64,000 nucleotides of DNA from Candidatus Fermentibacteraceae bacterium (GTDB lineage: Bacteria > Fermentibacterota > Fermentibacteria > Fermentibacterales > JCC-6). The stretch's first letter is position 1. Every line of letters begins with the position of its first letter. Of this stretch, positions 8,169 through 17,728 are shown piece after piece. The notes below the pieces were generated by a model, which was not told the origin of the DNA, did not search any database, and saw only the letters and a program-made list of their open reading frames with translations. A program made the translations under genes and the position numbers. The stretch lies in NCBI GenBank assembly GCA_016936235.1, contig JAFGPK010000020.1:8413-72412 (forward strand), written 5' to 3'.

Positions 8169-10355
8169 CTACTCACTGCCGCCGATAATGACCAGTTCCC
8201 TCGTCCGCCTCAGGCCGGGGGCGTCAAGAACTGCGAAATAAACGCCTCCCGGTACCCTCGAGCCGCCGCCGTCCCTGCAGTCCCACAGAACGGTGTGGGT
8301 TCCGGTGGACACGATCTGCTCCGTGAGATCGGCCACTTTCCTGCCTGAGAGATCGTACACGGCCAGACTCGCCAGTCCCTGGGCATCAGAGGATACCGTA
8401 ACCGGGATCACCGCACGGACCGAGGCAGGGTTGGGGCTGAAGTGCCCCAGGGACGTTGTGCCGGTGTGGCTCTCGCCCTGAGGGATACCGGTGCTGGTTA
8501 TCTGGGCTGCGGCGGGTTCCGAAGGCCATCCGGGTCCGAATTCGGGATCCATGGCGACTGCCCTGAACCAGAAATCTCCCCCCTCGTGGGTGGAGACGGT
8601 ATAGGAGTTCGTGGGGACCTCCAGGTCCAGGAAGTCGTTCTCCTCCCAGACCTCCACCTTGATATCGTCTATGTAGAGATCCGAAGAACTGCCGCTGGTG
8701 GCCCACCGGAAGCTTAGGGTATCCCCCTGCCATTCGTCCAGTTCGTGTATGTTAAGCCGCCAGGTGGGATCGTTCCTGGTGAAGGTCTGCAGGTAGAACC
8801 AGTTCTGACCTCCGTCGGTGGATACCTCGATGCTTCCCTGGCATGAACCGCTGGGGATGTTGTAGTAGGCCCAGAAGCTGAGCCTTCCGCCGCCGTCCTC
8901 GGGAATGGCCACCGTCTCGGTCCAGGTCATGCTGCCGGTTCCCCCTGAGAGGTAGGCGCTCGAGGGAGAATGGTAATGTGATGTCGTGGTGGACCAGTTG
9001 CTGAAATTGAAGGGACCGCCGGCTCCGTTGTCATCCAGGACCACCTGATATCCTGAGAGTTCCTGAAGGGCGTAGGAATCGGCATCCGGTACACTGCTCC
9101 AGTTGATGGTGAATGGAGTGGAGACGGCGCCTATCGGATCAATAACGGGAGTCCCGGGCACATGGGGATCGTAGGGACACCCGGCCAGGAAGGCGGTCAC
9201 CAGGTAGCTCCTCAGATTCCTGCGAGATAGCTTGACAACCTCCGTAAGTGAGGGCCAGAATCCGGCGAAATCGCCGCCGGTCTCATGGTTCCAGCTCATT
9301 GCCCCGTAGAGTCCGTAGGAATGGTCCCTTGTATTGCCGGAGCTGTAATAGAGGATCTGGGCGGCTGGACCGTGGTGGTCACCGGTGCCCCACCGGGACA
9401 TGATCTCCCCGTGGGTCGAGTACTCGGCAGCATGGGTGGTGGGCGAATCGGTATAACCCCACGGGTAGATCAGTATGTTGCCGTAGCAATGTGTAGAGTG
9501 CATCTCTGCGGGCAGGTGGTCCTGCCAGAAGGCGTCGATGTTTGAGGTTTCCGGTTCGCTCAGGGGACCCGTGCCTCTGTAGGTCTCGCTGTTCGGATCG
9601 CCGCTGGAGCCCGTTCCCCCCCAGGCCACGGACCAGTTCCTGTTCAGGTCGATGCCGCTCCCGAGGGTCCAGTTCATGTTCTTCCTGTGCATGCCGCCCC
9701 CGCCGGGGGACTGCTGCTGGTTGTAGACGTAACCGTCTACGTTGTTGCATGGAAGGCACCATATCTCCCTGTTATCCAGCAGCCAGGTGGCCTGAAGGCC
9801 GCAGAATCCGTTCCTGCCGTAGTTGTCGCAGAGCCACAGCATGAAGAACCTGATATTGCGCATTGATGCCGGTTCGCGGGCGTGGATCAGACCATCGTAC
9901 CATACGTTGGGCAGTGCGGGGTCGTCGTACCAGAAATCGGTGTTGGACGAGATCTTAACCACCGTCTGCGGTCTTCCCTGATAGGTGTTCCCGATGGATG
10001 TGGGAGCGCTGGTGATCGAGGGGTAGGTGTCGTGCAGGTCTTCCAGCCAGGCGGACAGTTCGTCCCAGGTCAGATACCCCCCCATGCTCCTGCCTTCGCA
10101 CCTTCTCTGATAGAACCTCTCCATGTCGTCTATCCTGGTGGTGAAGGGGATACCGGCCCTCATCAGAGCGTTGTAAGCATCCTCGTCAACCACACAATCG
10201 ATGGAGCCGTCATCGTAGACATGTACGATGTCGCAACCCGCGGCAACGATCCTCTCCGCTTCCGAATCGTTGGAGGGTGTCACGCCGAGCAGCGAGTACC
10301 TCTCCGCAGCGAGAACGGATGCGGCCGCCAGAAGAACAAAAAGCATCTTTCTCAT
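8169..10355 (-). CDS. secreted M14-family zinc carboxypeptidase with Por/T9SS-type C-terminal sorting domain
   Basis: HxxE zinc motif in GLIHAREPAS. Signal peptide MRKMLFVLLAAASVLAA. The last ~80 aa (LAVYDLSGRKV...GGVYFAVL...LVII) look like a T9SS/FlgD-Ig-like CTD. Start placed at ATG 10355 (GGAGAAGG upstream); the ORF opens at 10379. Confidence 0.82.
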   Translation of the reverse strand: MRKMLFVLLAAASVLAAERYSLLGVTPSNDSEAERIVAAGCDIVHVYDDGSIDCVVDEDAYNALMRAGIPFTTRIDDMERFYQRRCEGRSMGGYLTWDELSAWLEDLHDTYPSITSAPTSIGNTYQGRPQTVVKISSNTDFWYDDPALPNVWYDGLIHAREPASMRNIRFFMLWLCDNYGRNGFCGLQATWLLDNREIWCLPCNNVDGYVYNQQQSPGGGGMHRKNMNWTLGSGIDLNRNWSVAWGGTGSSGDPNSETYRGTGPLSEPETSNIDAFWQDHLPAEMHSTHCYGNILIYPWGYTDSPTTHAAEYSTHGEIMSRWGTGDHHGPAAQILYYSSGNTRDHSYGLYGAMSWNHETGGDFAGFWPSLTEVVKLSRRNLRSYLVTAFLAGCPYDPHVPGTPVIDPIGAVSTPFTINWSSVPDADSYALQELSGYQVVLDDNGAGGPFNFSNWSTTTSHYHSPSSAYLSGGTGSMTWTETVAIPEDGGGRLSFWAYYNIPSGSCQGSIEVSTDGGQNWFYLQTFTRNDPTWRLNIHELDEWQGDTLSFRWATSGSSSDLYIDDIKVEVWEENDFLDLEVPTNSYTVSTHEGGDFWFRAVAMDPEFGPGWPSEPAAAQITSTGIPQGESHTGTTSLGHFSPNPASVRAVIPVTVSSDAQGLASLAVYDLSGRKVADLTEQIVSTGTHTVLWDCRDGGGSRVPGGVYFAVLDAPGLRRTRELVIIGGSE

Positions 10356-10444
10356 ATTCACCTTCTCCGACTGATACATGTTGATTATTATTCAAGTCTC
10401 AATACACGATTATTACATAATGAATATATGCAGGGGAGGTTTCC
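10356..10444. promoter_or_regulatory. AT-rich divergent intergenic region (candidate promoters for the peptidase operon and hutU)
   Basis: ttgattattattcaagtctcaatacacgattattacataatgaatatatg is markedly AT-rich against the GC-rich background. It contains TTGATT/TTCAAG and TACATAAT-like hexamers. No exact -35/-10 pair could be fixed. Confidence 0.35.
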
Positions 10445-12460
10445 ATGTCAGAGGGTTTCAGGGAACAGGTCAGGAGGGGCATTCCGGAATCCATCCCTCC
10501 GATGCCTCCGGATCTGGAGGGCGTCAGCCACGCTCCATCGAGACCGGATGTGCTCACCCCGGGCGAGAAGAGGCTGGCCCTGCGGAACGCCCTGCGTTAC
10601 TTCCCGCGGAAGTGGCATCCCGAACTTGCGCCCGAGTTCGCCCGAGAGCTGGAGACCGACGGCAGGATATACATGCGGAGGTTCAGGCCCGTCTACGAGA
10701 TGAAGGCCAGGCCAATCGGAGACTACCCGGCCCGCACACCCCAGGCGGCGGCGATCATGCTGATGATACAGAACAACCTGGACAGGGCCGTGGCCCAGCA
10801 TCCCCAGGAGCTGATAACCTACGGCGGCAACGGCACGGTCTTCCAGAACTGGGCCCAGTACCTGCTTGCCATGAAATACCTGTCGGAGATGACCGCGGAG
10901 CAGACCCTCGTACTCTATTCCGGTCATCCTCTGGGGCTGTTCCCATCCCACCCCGACGCCCCCAGGGTGGTGGTCACCAACGGTATGGTGGTGCCCAACT
11001 ACAGCTCCAGGAAGGACTACGACAGGATGGCGGCCCTGGGAGTCACCTCATACGGTCAGATGACCGCCGGGAGTTTCATGTACATCGGCCCCCAGGGTAT
11101 CGTCCACGGAACAACCATCACCATGCTCAACGCAGGCAGGAAGTACCTGGGTCTCTCACCTGAACAGGACCTGGCCGGAAGGCTCTTCGTGACATCGGGC
11201 CTTGGAGGCATGAGCGGGGCCCAGGCCAAGGCCTCGGTGATAGCGGGGGCGGTGGGTGTGATAGCCGAGATCAACCCGGGGGCTGTCAGGACGAGGCACG
11301 AGCAGGGCTGGCTCATGGAAGCCGAGGACGACCTGGACAGGGTCCTTCTTCGCGCGGAGAAGGCCGTGAAGTCCGGAGAGCCGCTGTCTCTGGGATACAC
11401 CGGCAATGTGGTGGACCTGTGGGAGAGGCTTGCCGCCGAAGGGGTGCGGGTGGACCTTGGAAGCGATCAGACGTCGCTCCACAACCCGTACTCCGGCGGC
11501 TACTACCCGGTCGGGCTGTCAATGGAGAGGTCCAACCGCATGATGGTGGACGACCCGGAGGGGTTCAGGGAGATGGTGCGCGAATCCCTGCGGAGGCAGG
11601 TGAAGGCTATCAACAGGCTGAACGGAAGGGGCATGTCCTTCTGGGACTACGGGAACGCCTTCCTCCTGGAGGCGTCCAGGGCAGGGGCCGAGGGAATCCT
11701 GAGGCCCGACGGCTCCTTCTCCTACCCTTCCTACGTCGAGGACATTATGGGCCCGTTGTGTTTCGATTACGGATTCGGTCCCTTCAGGTGGGTCTGCACC
11801 TCGGGCGACCCCGACGACCTTCGAAGGACCGACAGAATCGCCGGAAGCGTGCTTGAGGAGATGTCCCTTACCGCGGATCCTGAGATCAGGCAGCAGATGC
11901 TGGACAATGTCCGATGGATCGGGCAGGCCGGGGAGAACAGGCTGGTGGTGGGGTCCCAGGCGAGGATACTCTACGCCGACCGAAGGGGAAGGATGAATAT
12001 AGCCGAGGCTTTCAACAGGGCCATCGCCGGCGGCGATATAAGCGCCCCCATAGTGCTTGGAAGGGACCACCACGATGTGTCCGGAACTGATTCCCCTTAC
12101 AGGGAGACGGCCAATATCAGTGACGGCAGCATGTTCACTGCGGACATGGCGGTCCAGAACGTCATAGGCGATTCATTCAGGGGCGCCACCTGGGTCTCGC
12201 TCCACAACGGCGGGGGTGTAGGCTGGGGCGAGGTGATCAACGGTGGATTCGGCCTGCTCCTTGACGGATCGGAGGAAGCCGGGACCAGGGCCGCGGCCAT
12301 GCTCGACTGGGACGTCTCCAACGGGCTTGCCCGGAGGTCCTGGGCCAGGAACCCCGGGGCAGTCTACGCGGCGAGGAAAGCAATGGAGGACCGGCCCGGC
12401 ATGAGGATAACGTTGCCTGAAACAGCCGACGACGAACTGATAGACAAGTTTTTCATCTGA
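10445..12460 (+). CDS. hutU: urocanate hydratase (long ~670-aa form)
   Basis: 671 aa. ITYGGNGTVFQNW, GLGGMSGAQ and HNGGGVGWGE motifs. GGGGAGG Shine-Dalgarno just upstream of the ATG. Confidence 0.92.
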   Translation: MSEGFREQVRRGIPESIPPMPPDLEGVSHAPSRPDVLTPGEKRLALRNALRYFPRKWHPELAPEFARELETDGRIYMRRFRPVYEMKARPIGDYPARTPQAAAIMLMIQNNLDRAVAQHPQELITYGGNGTVFQNWAQYLLAMKYLSEMTAEQTLVLYSGHPLGLFPSHPDAPRVVVTNGMVVPNYSSRKDYDRMAALGVTSYGQMTAGSFMYIGPQGIVHGTTITMLNAGRKYLGLSPEQDLAGRLFVTSGLGGMSGAQAKASVIAGAVGVIAEINPGAVRTRHEQGWLMEAEDDLDRVLLRAEKAVKSGEPLSLGYTGNVVDLWERLAAEGVRVDLGSDQTSLHNPYSGGYYPVGLSMERSNRMMVDDPEGFREMVRESLRRQVKAINRLNGRGMSFWDYGNAFLLEASRAGAEGILRPDGSFSYPSYVEDIMGPLCFDYGFGPFRWVCTSGDPDDLRRTDRIAGSVLEEMSLTADPEIRQQMLDNVRWIGQAGENRLVVGSQARILYADRRGRMNIAEAFNRAIAGGDISAPIVLGRDHHDVSGTDSPYRETANISDGSMFTADMAVQNVIGDSFRGATWVSLHNGGGVGWGEVINGGFGLLLDGSEEAGTRAAAMLDWDVSNGLARRSWARNPGAVYAARKAMEDRPGMRITLPETADDELIDKFFI

Positions 12461-12511
12461 TCCGGAGTTCCTGGATTGATCCGGGACGATAACCAGGAAA
12501 AGGGGAATCCA

Positions 12512-13591
12512 ATGAGACCTGTTCTGATGATGACCGTCTTGACGCTGCCTGCAGTCGCTTCCGCATGGGGTTTCCACGATTCGATGGGTGACGGCTCACC
12601 CGTTCTCTGCGTTACCCCGAGGCAGAGCGCCATGGGGGGTGTCTGGGCGCTGCCCTCCAGCGGACCCGCCTCGGTGTTCCTCAACCCGGCGGAGCTGTCC
12701 ATGATGGAGGGAGCGACTCTGACGGGATCGGCCGCCATCATCGAATGGAGGTCATCCGTGGAGGGCGAGAACTACAACAACATTCTCGACACCGGCACCG
12801 GCGGGGCAGGCACCCTGGCCTTCGGGGCGCCCTTCTCCGGGGGGGTCGCCATCGGAGCGGGGATCTCCAGGGTCTCGGATTTCGGGTTCAACGGGGTCAG
12901 CATGGTGATGGAGGAGGTGAACCCCGGGATCTACGATGTGTACTCCATACAGTTCCTCGATGCTCAGGGGTCGCTGTGGGAGGCCAACGCCGGTATCTCC
13001 CTGGAACTGGCGGACTGGGTCACGGCGGGATTGTCGGGAGGCCTCAGGTTCGGCAACGGTTCTTACCTGTACAGGAACACCTATTCGGATCCCCAGGTGC
13101 CGGGGGATACGGTGGAAGTCGACTGGGAGGCGTCGGATCTTGCCATCCACGGCGGCCTTCTGATGCCCTTCGAGTTCGGTACCTTCGCCTTCTCCGGGAC
13201 CAACGGCTCCGACAGGTACCTCTCAAGGGTCGCCATGGGATTCCAGAAGGATTTCGATGTTCTCAGCGGTAGCACACTTGGGCTCGAACTGGACCTCCAG
13301 GGTGTCGAGGACAGACCGTCATGGGCGGGAAGGGCGTTCGCGTACTTCACCGAGATGATACCAGGGGTCCGTTCAACGTACAGCATAGGCTTCAACAGGG
13401 CTGCTGACCATCACAGGACTTCTCTCTGCATGGGGACGGGAGCCAGGGTCCGTCTCGGGGACGTGGACCTCGACCTTGGGATCTCCTGGATGAGCAGGAG
13501 CAGGGCGGGGTTCCAGTTCCCCGAACCCTACGTAGACAACATCGACGACGCCGGGACCTACTACTCGGCGGGAATGACCTGGAGGATCTAG
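12512..13591 (+). CDS. putative outer-membrane beta-barrel protein
   Basis: Signal peptide MRPVLMMTVLTLPAVASA. Gly/aromatic-rich sequence with alternating pattern. C-terminus YYSAGMTWRI. The ORF opens with TTG at 12476; ATG 12512 with an AGGAAAAGGGGA upstream is preferred. Confidence 0.6.
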   Translation: MRPVLMMTVLTLPAVASAWGFHDSMGDGSPVLCVTPRQSAMGGVWALPSSGPASVFLNPAELSMMEGATLTGSAAIIEWRSSVEGENYNNILDTGTGGAGTLAFGAPFSGGVAIGAGISRVSDFGFNGVSMVMEEVNPGIYDVYSIQFLDAQGSLWEANAGISLELADWVTAGLSGGLRFGNGSYLYRNTYSDPQVPGDTVEVDWEASDLAIHGGLLMPFEFGTFAFSGTNGSDRYLSRVAMGFQKDFDVLSGSTLGLELDLQGVEDRPSWAGRAFAYFTEMIPGVRSTYSIGFNRAADHHRTSLCMGTGARVRLGDVDLDLGISWMSRSRAGFQFPEPYVDNIDDAGTYYSAGMTWRI

Positions 13592-13923
13592 TCCCTTCCC
13601 CCGAGCCGGCGGGTGAGTTCCTCCGAGTATTCCCTCAGTCCGGGTTCATGTCCTCTCCACGGACCGCTGACGAGGAGCAGCAGCCGGCGGCCCACGGGAA
13701 GTCTCAGCACGTCGAAGCAGGGACCTGCATCGTTACCGGTTATATGGGAGATCCTCCTGCCCATCCTGCGGCAGAAACGGAAACCCAGACCGGGATGGAG
13801 CGAATCGAGGGTACGGAGCTCCCCATCGAGAATCATCAGCAGTTCTTCGTGTGGATCGCTCAATTCAGGCTCCCTGCGGGAAGTGTAAGGCGTTGACAAT
13901 GATTCATGAACTGGAATATACAT
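13588..13923 (-). CDS. hypothetical small protein (weak call)
   Basis: 111-aa ORF fills the gap between two plus-strand genes. Codon usage resembles its neighbours from the internal MILDGE onward, and the first 10 codons are AT-rich. No recognisable motif. Confidence 0.3.
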   Translation of the reverse strand: MYIPVHESLSTPYTSRREPELSDPHEELLMILDGELRTLDSLHPGLGFRFCRRMGRRISHITGNDAGPCFDVLRLPVGRRLLLLVSGPWRGHEPGLREYSEELTRRLGGRD

Positions 13924-13958
13924 TAATCCATTAAACCAGCAGACTAGGGGAGGATGGT

Positions 13959-14444
13959 ATGAAGAAACTGATCGCGGCGGCAGGGTTGTTAGCTCTTATG
14001 ACGGCGTGCGGAGGAGGAGGCGGCGGCGGGACTCCGGGAGATGCCGTCACCGGGATGTTCGACGCCCTGAAGGCGGGTGACGGCGAAAAGGCGGTGTCCT
14101 ACATGTCAGCCAGCGCACTCGAAGAGATGGACGCCCAGCTGGAGATGCTGAAGGCGAACCCTGAGGCTTCCGCGCAGCAGCTGGCACTGGTCGGGATCGA
14201 GATAGACGCCGAGGATATTCCGGGCATGACCGCCAGGGACTTCGCCGTTGCCATGATCTCGTCTCCAATGATGATGTCCGTGATGTCGACGGCGGAAGTG
14301 AGCATCGGGGAAGTGACAATAAACGGCAACGCCGCACTGGTCGAGGTCACGACAACGGTGATGGGGGAATCCGAGACTCACACCATCGACGTCGTCAAAG
14401 AGGACGGTCAGTGGAAGGTCACCGAATTCGGCATGAACATGTGA
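13959..14444 (+). CDS. lipoprotein of unknown function
   Basis: Lipobox LLALMTAC followed by a Gly7 linker. GGGGAGGA SD upstream. Small alpha+beta domain (DUF4878-like by eye). Confidence 0.7.
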   Translation: MKKLIAAAGLLALMTACGGGGGGGTPGDAVTGMFDALKAGDGEKAVSYMSASALEEMDAQLEMLKANPEASAQQLALVGIEIDAEDIPGMTARDFAVAMISSPMMMSVMSTAEVSIGEVTINGNAALVEVTTTVMGESETHTIDVVKEDGQWKVTEFGMNM

Positions 14445-14482
14445 TCTTCCCGGACAGGAAGCTCTCAAGGGGGCCTTTACCG

Positions 14483-15955
14483 TTAGAGGTACAGGTCCCT
14501 TTCTCCATTCCTGACCCTCTCAAGAAGTTCCGTTACCCTGTTCCTCAGTTCCTCTCCGGGAAGCATTGACAGTTCTTCCTCGATCAGCTTCCATCCCCTG
14601 TGCCTGGTGCCCTCCGAAGCGTAGTCGTCAAGGTATTCGGCAAAGGTCAGTATGGCGTTGGGCATGCAGAGAGTGTGCACTTTGCCGCTCTTGGCCACAT
14701 CCATGAAGTAGTGACCTGTTCTTCCGCACCTGTAACCGGCCGTACAGAAGCTTGTTATCATTCCCTGGTCCACAAGGTCGCCTATTACCTCCTCCAGCGA
14801 CCGGTTGTCCGACAGCTGGAACTGCTCCTTCTCCCCCTTCTTCTCGCCGGTGGCGTAGCATCCGACACCGATATTGGAACCGGCGTCGAGCTGGGTTATT
14901 CCCACAGGTATGACATCCCTCCTGACCCTCTCGGGTTCCCTTGCGGTGAGTATGAGACCCGTGTACGGAACCGACAGCCTGATGACGGCCACCAGCTTCT
15001 TGAAGTCCCCGTCGCTGACCAGGTGGTCGGGATTCTCGACGAAGGGGGTGTTGACGGCTGGTTCCAGCCTGGGGAAGCTGATGGTGTGAGGACCAACACC
15101 TCCGAACCTCTCCTCGAGGTCGATGGTGTGAAGGAGCAGGGACATCACCTCGAACCGGTAGTCGAAGAGGCCGAAGAGAGCTCCAATGCCCACATCGTCC
15201 ACACCCGCGTCCATCGCCCTGTGAAGGGCGTAGAGCCTCCAGCGCATGTTGGCCTTCAATGTGCCTGCGGGATGCACTCTGCGGTAGGTCCCGGGATGGT
15301 AGGTCTCCTGGAATACCTGGAACGTCCCTATTCCCACCCCGGAGAGTCTCCTGAGGTCGTCGATGCAGAGGGGAGCGGCATTGATGTTCGCCCTTCTTAT
15401 CTCATCGCCTCCATGCTTCGTACCGTACACAACCTCGAGAGTATGGGCGATGAAATCCGCGCCGCTTGAAGGATGCTCGCCGTAGACCATTATGAGGCGT
15501 TTGTGACCACGGGCGGTCAGGGCCCTGACCTCGGCCCTTATCTCCTCGTCGGAGAGCTTCTTTCGGGTGACCGCGGTGTTCTCGCGGCGGAAGCCGCAGT
15601 AGGCGCAGTTGTTGACGCAGTAGTTGGAAATGTAAAGCGGTGCGAAGAAGACGATCCGCCTTCCGTAGACCTTCTGCTTGATCCGCAGACCGGCGGAGAA
15701 AATCTCCTGCCAGATCTCCTCGCTGCGGCAGTTCAGAAGGGCCGCGGTCTCGGAGGGCTCCAGTCTGGACAGCTCGAGCGACTTGGCTATGATCTCCCTG
15801 AGCCTGGAATCGGAGGGTTCACGGTTCGCTTCCAGCTCATTCCAGATCAGCTCCTCGTCGACGAAATCCCTGCCGTTCCTGAGGTAGCGGTCTATCTCCT
15901 CCTCCCTGACAACGGAATCGATCCATCTTCTCTCTTTCCCGGGGAGACCGTTCAT
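14483..15955 (-). CDS. hydG: radical SAM enzyme, HydG-like (tyrosine lyase family, ThiH/HydG)
   Basis: 490 aa. Radical SAM motif YISNYCVNNCAYCGF, PHTISFPRLEP, and C-terminal extension SFCTAGYRCGRTGHYFMDVAKSGKVHTLCMPNAILTFAEYLDDYA, which is typical of HydG rather than ThiH. Confidence 0.78.
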   Translation of the reverse strand: MNGLPGKERRWIDSVVREEEIDRYLRNGRDFVDEELIWNELEANREPSDSRLREIIAKSLELSRLEPSETAALLNCRSEEIWQEIFSAGLRIKQKVYGRRIVFFAPLYISNYCVNNCAYCGFRRENTAVTRKKLSDEEIRAEVRALTARGHKRLIMVYGEHPSSGADFIAHTLEVVYGTKHGGDEIRRANINAAPLCIDDLRRLSGVGIGTFQVFQETYHPGTYRRVHPAGTLKANMRWRLYALHRAMDAGVDDVGIGALFGLFDYRFEVMSLLLHTIDLEERFGGVGPHTISFPRLEPAVNTPFVENPDHLVSDGDFKKLVAVIRLSVPYTGLILTAREPERVRRDVIPVGITQLDAGSNIGVGCYATGEKKGEKEQFQLSDNRSLEEVIGDLVDQGMITSFCTAGYRCGRTGHYFMDVAKSGKVHTLCMPNAILTFAEYLDDYASEGTRHRGWKLIEEELSMLPGEELRNRVTELLERVRNGERDLYL

Positions 15956-15959
15956 GCCT

Positions 15960-16784
15960 TCACTCCGCTTCCCCCGGGATCGAGTGCAGCAGGTCGGTCA
16001 CTATTCCCTCGAAGATCTTGGCGAACGATGTCTTGCCGTAATGGTACACGAAGGGCCTGCCGCTGTCCCCCGATGTAACGATGTCAGGTTCCACGGGTAT
16101 CCTGCCGAGGAAAGGAACATCCATCTGTCCGGCCATCTCCTCGCCTCCCCCCGATCCGAAGAGTTCCGTGCTTCCTCCGCAGTGGGGGCACACGAAGCCG
16201 GACATGTTCTCTATCACTCCGAGAACCGGGAGCTTGAGAGCATGGCAGAACTGGATGGACCTCCTCACATCCGACAGGGAAAGCTCTTGAGGTGTCGTGA
16301 CTATCACGGCGCCGGTGGGTTCGGGTATCAGCTGCACCACGGACAGCGGCTCGTCTCCTGTCCCGGGGGGGCAGTCCACCACCAGAAAATCCAGTTCGCC
16401 CCAGTTCACGTCCTCAAAGAGCTGCTTGATGACGTTCATCTTCATGGGTCCGCGCCAGATAACGGGATCCGTCCTGTTGCCGAGGAGGAAATCAACCGAG
16501 ATGACCTTCAATCCCCCGAGTTCCGCCGGTTCAAGCGTTCTGCCGTCATTCGAGACCAGCCGGATACCCTCCATACCCAGGAGCTTGGGAATGCTCGGAC
16601 CGTGGAAATCCGTGTCCAGGAGCCCGGTGGAATACCCCTGGAGGGAGAGGGAGATGGCCAGGTTGGCGGCCACCGTGCTCTTGCCCACTCCTCCCTTGCC
16701 GGACAGGACCAGGATGCTGTTACGTGCAGGGGATTTCTCCAGTCTGTAGGGCTGCGGTTTCTGATCGCTCTTGTTATCGCTCAT
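15960..16784 (-). CDS. mrp: Mrp/NBP35/ApbC-family iron-sulfur cluster carrier ATPase
   Basis: Deviant Walker A SGKGGVGKST and CPHCGG motif. The ORF is open to 17051, but the extension overlaps the divergent HAD gene. ATG 16784 (MSDNKSDQ...) is preferred. 4 nt upstream of hydG-like. Confidence 0.86.
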   Translation of the reverse strand: MSDNKSDQKPQPYRLEKSPARNSILVLSGKGGVGKSTVAANLAISLSLQGYSTGLLDTDFHGPSIPKLLGMEGIRLVSNDGRTLEPAELGGLKVISVDFLLGNRTDPVIWRGPMKMNVIKQLFEDVNWGELDFLVVDCPPGTGDEPLSVVQLIPEPTGAVIVTTPQELSLSDVRRSIQFCHALKLPVLGVIENMSGFVCPHCGGSTELFGSGGGEEMAGQMDVPFLGRIPVEPDIVTSGDSGRPFVYHYGKTSFAKIFEGIVTDLLHSIPGEAE

Positions 16785-16946
16785 GTGAAAGGCCTTCCTA
16801 TTCTGTTCCTCCGGATCCTGATGAATACATGATAATATAACCGCGACAGGCGGACGGCGCATGTCCGATACGACTACCGGAGGACTCTCCGCCGGGAAGG
16901 GCAGGGATAGGTATTGCCGTTGCGATAATTCCTGACCATTGTAATT

Positions 16947-17672
16947 ATGGCGATTACAAGGGAGGGTGAGACAGTGGACCTCAGGAAGTACCGGGCCATC
17001 CTCTTCGATCTGGACGGGACCCTTCTCGATTACGCGGCGGCGCAGGAACACGCGGCGAGAAGGATCATCTCCATCCTCGAGATGGAGGACTCCGCCGCTG
17101 TCCTGACGAAGGTCATGGGATTCCTGGAGGGCAGGGTCATGCAGGACCTTGAAGCCTGCAAGTCCTCGGCTATCGAGCCGGGATCAGGCGATATGAGGCA
17201 GGCATTCCAGAGGGCCGGCCTTTCGGTGGACCCCATGGAGTTCATAGAAGTCTACTTCGAGGGCCTGGAGGAGCACGGGCGTCCTCTGCCGGGAGTGACC
17301 GGTCTCCTGAGAAACCTCAGGGACGAATTCACAGTGGGGGTAGTCACCAACGGACCCGGTACTGTCCAGAGAAAGAGGCTCCAGCTTGCCGGTCTGATGG
17401 AATTCCTGGACCTTCTGGTGGTCAGCTGCGAGGTGGAACACGCAAAACCGGACCCTGAGATAATAAGGATCGCCATGAAGCTTGCCGGGTCAGAGACATT
17501 CAGCACTCTGTTCGTCGGCGACAGCCCCGGCAGCGATATGGGCGCGGCCAATGCCGCCGGAGTGGATTTCGCGTTCGTACAGCCACTGGGGGATTTCTCC
17601 GCCCCCGGTCCCAGGGTCCTGGAGCTGAGGAGGACGGGGGACCTTGCCGGCTTCCTCAATGGCGTCGGTTAG
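16947..17672 (+). CDS. HAD-superfamily hydrolase (subfamily IA)
   Basis: Motif I LFDLDGTLLD, motif IV VGDSPGSDMGAANAAG. Confidence 0.8.
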   Translation: MAITREGETVDLRKYRAILFDLDGTLLDYAAAQEHAARRIISILEMEDSAAVLTKVMGFLEGRVMQDLEACKSSAIEPGSGDMRQAFQRAGLSVDPMEFIEVYFEGLEEHGRPLPGVTGLLRNLRDEFTVGVVTNGPGTVQRKRLQLAGLMEFLDLLVVSCEVEHAKPDPEIIRIAMKLAGSETFSTLFVGDSPGSDMGAANAAGVDFAFVQPLGDFSAPGPRVLELRRTGDLAGFLNGVG

Positions 17673-17728
17673 ACATTAAGGCGGTCTTGCTTATATTGAG
17701 GCGGGAAACATCAACCGAAAGGGTGAAC

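Noticed and set aside
16785-17051. N-terminal 89-codon extension of the Mrp-like ORF
   Set aside because: The extension overlaps the divergent HAD hydrolase gene by ~100 nt and has no similarity to Mrp N-termini. An internal ATG at 16784 gives a normal-length protein.
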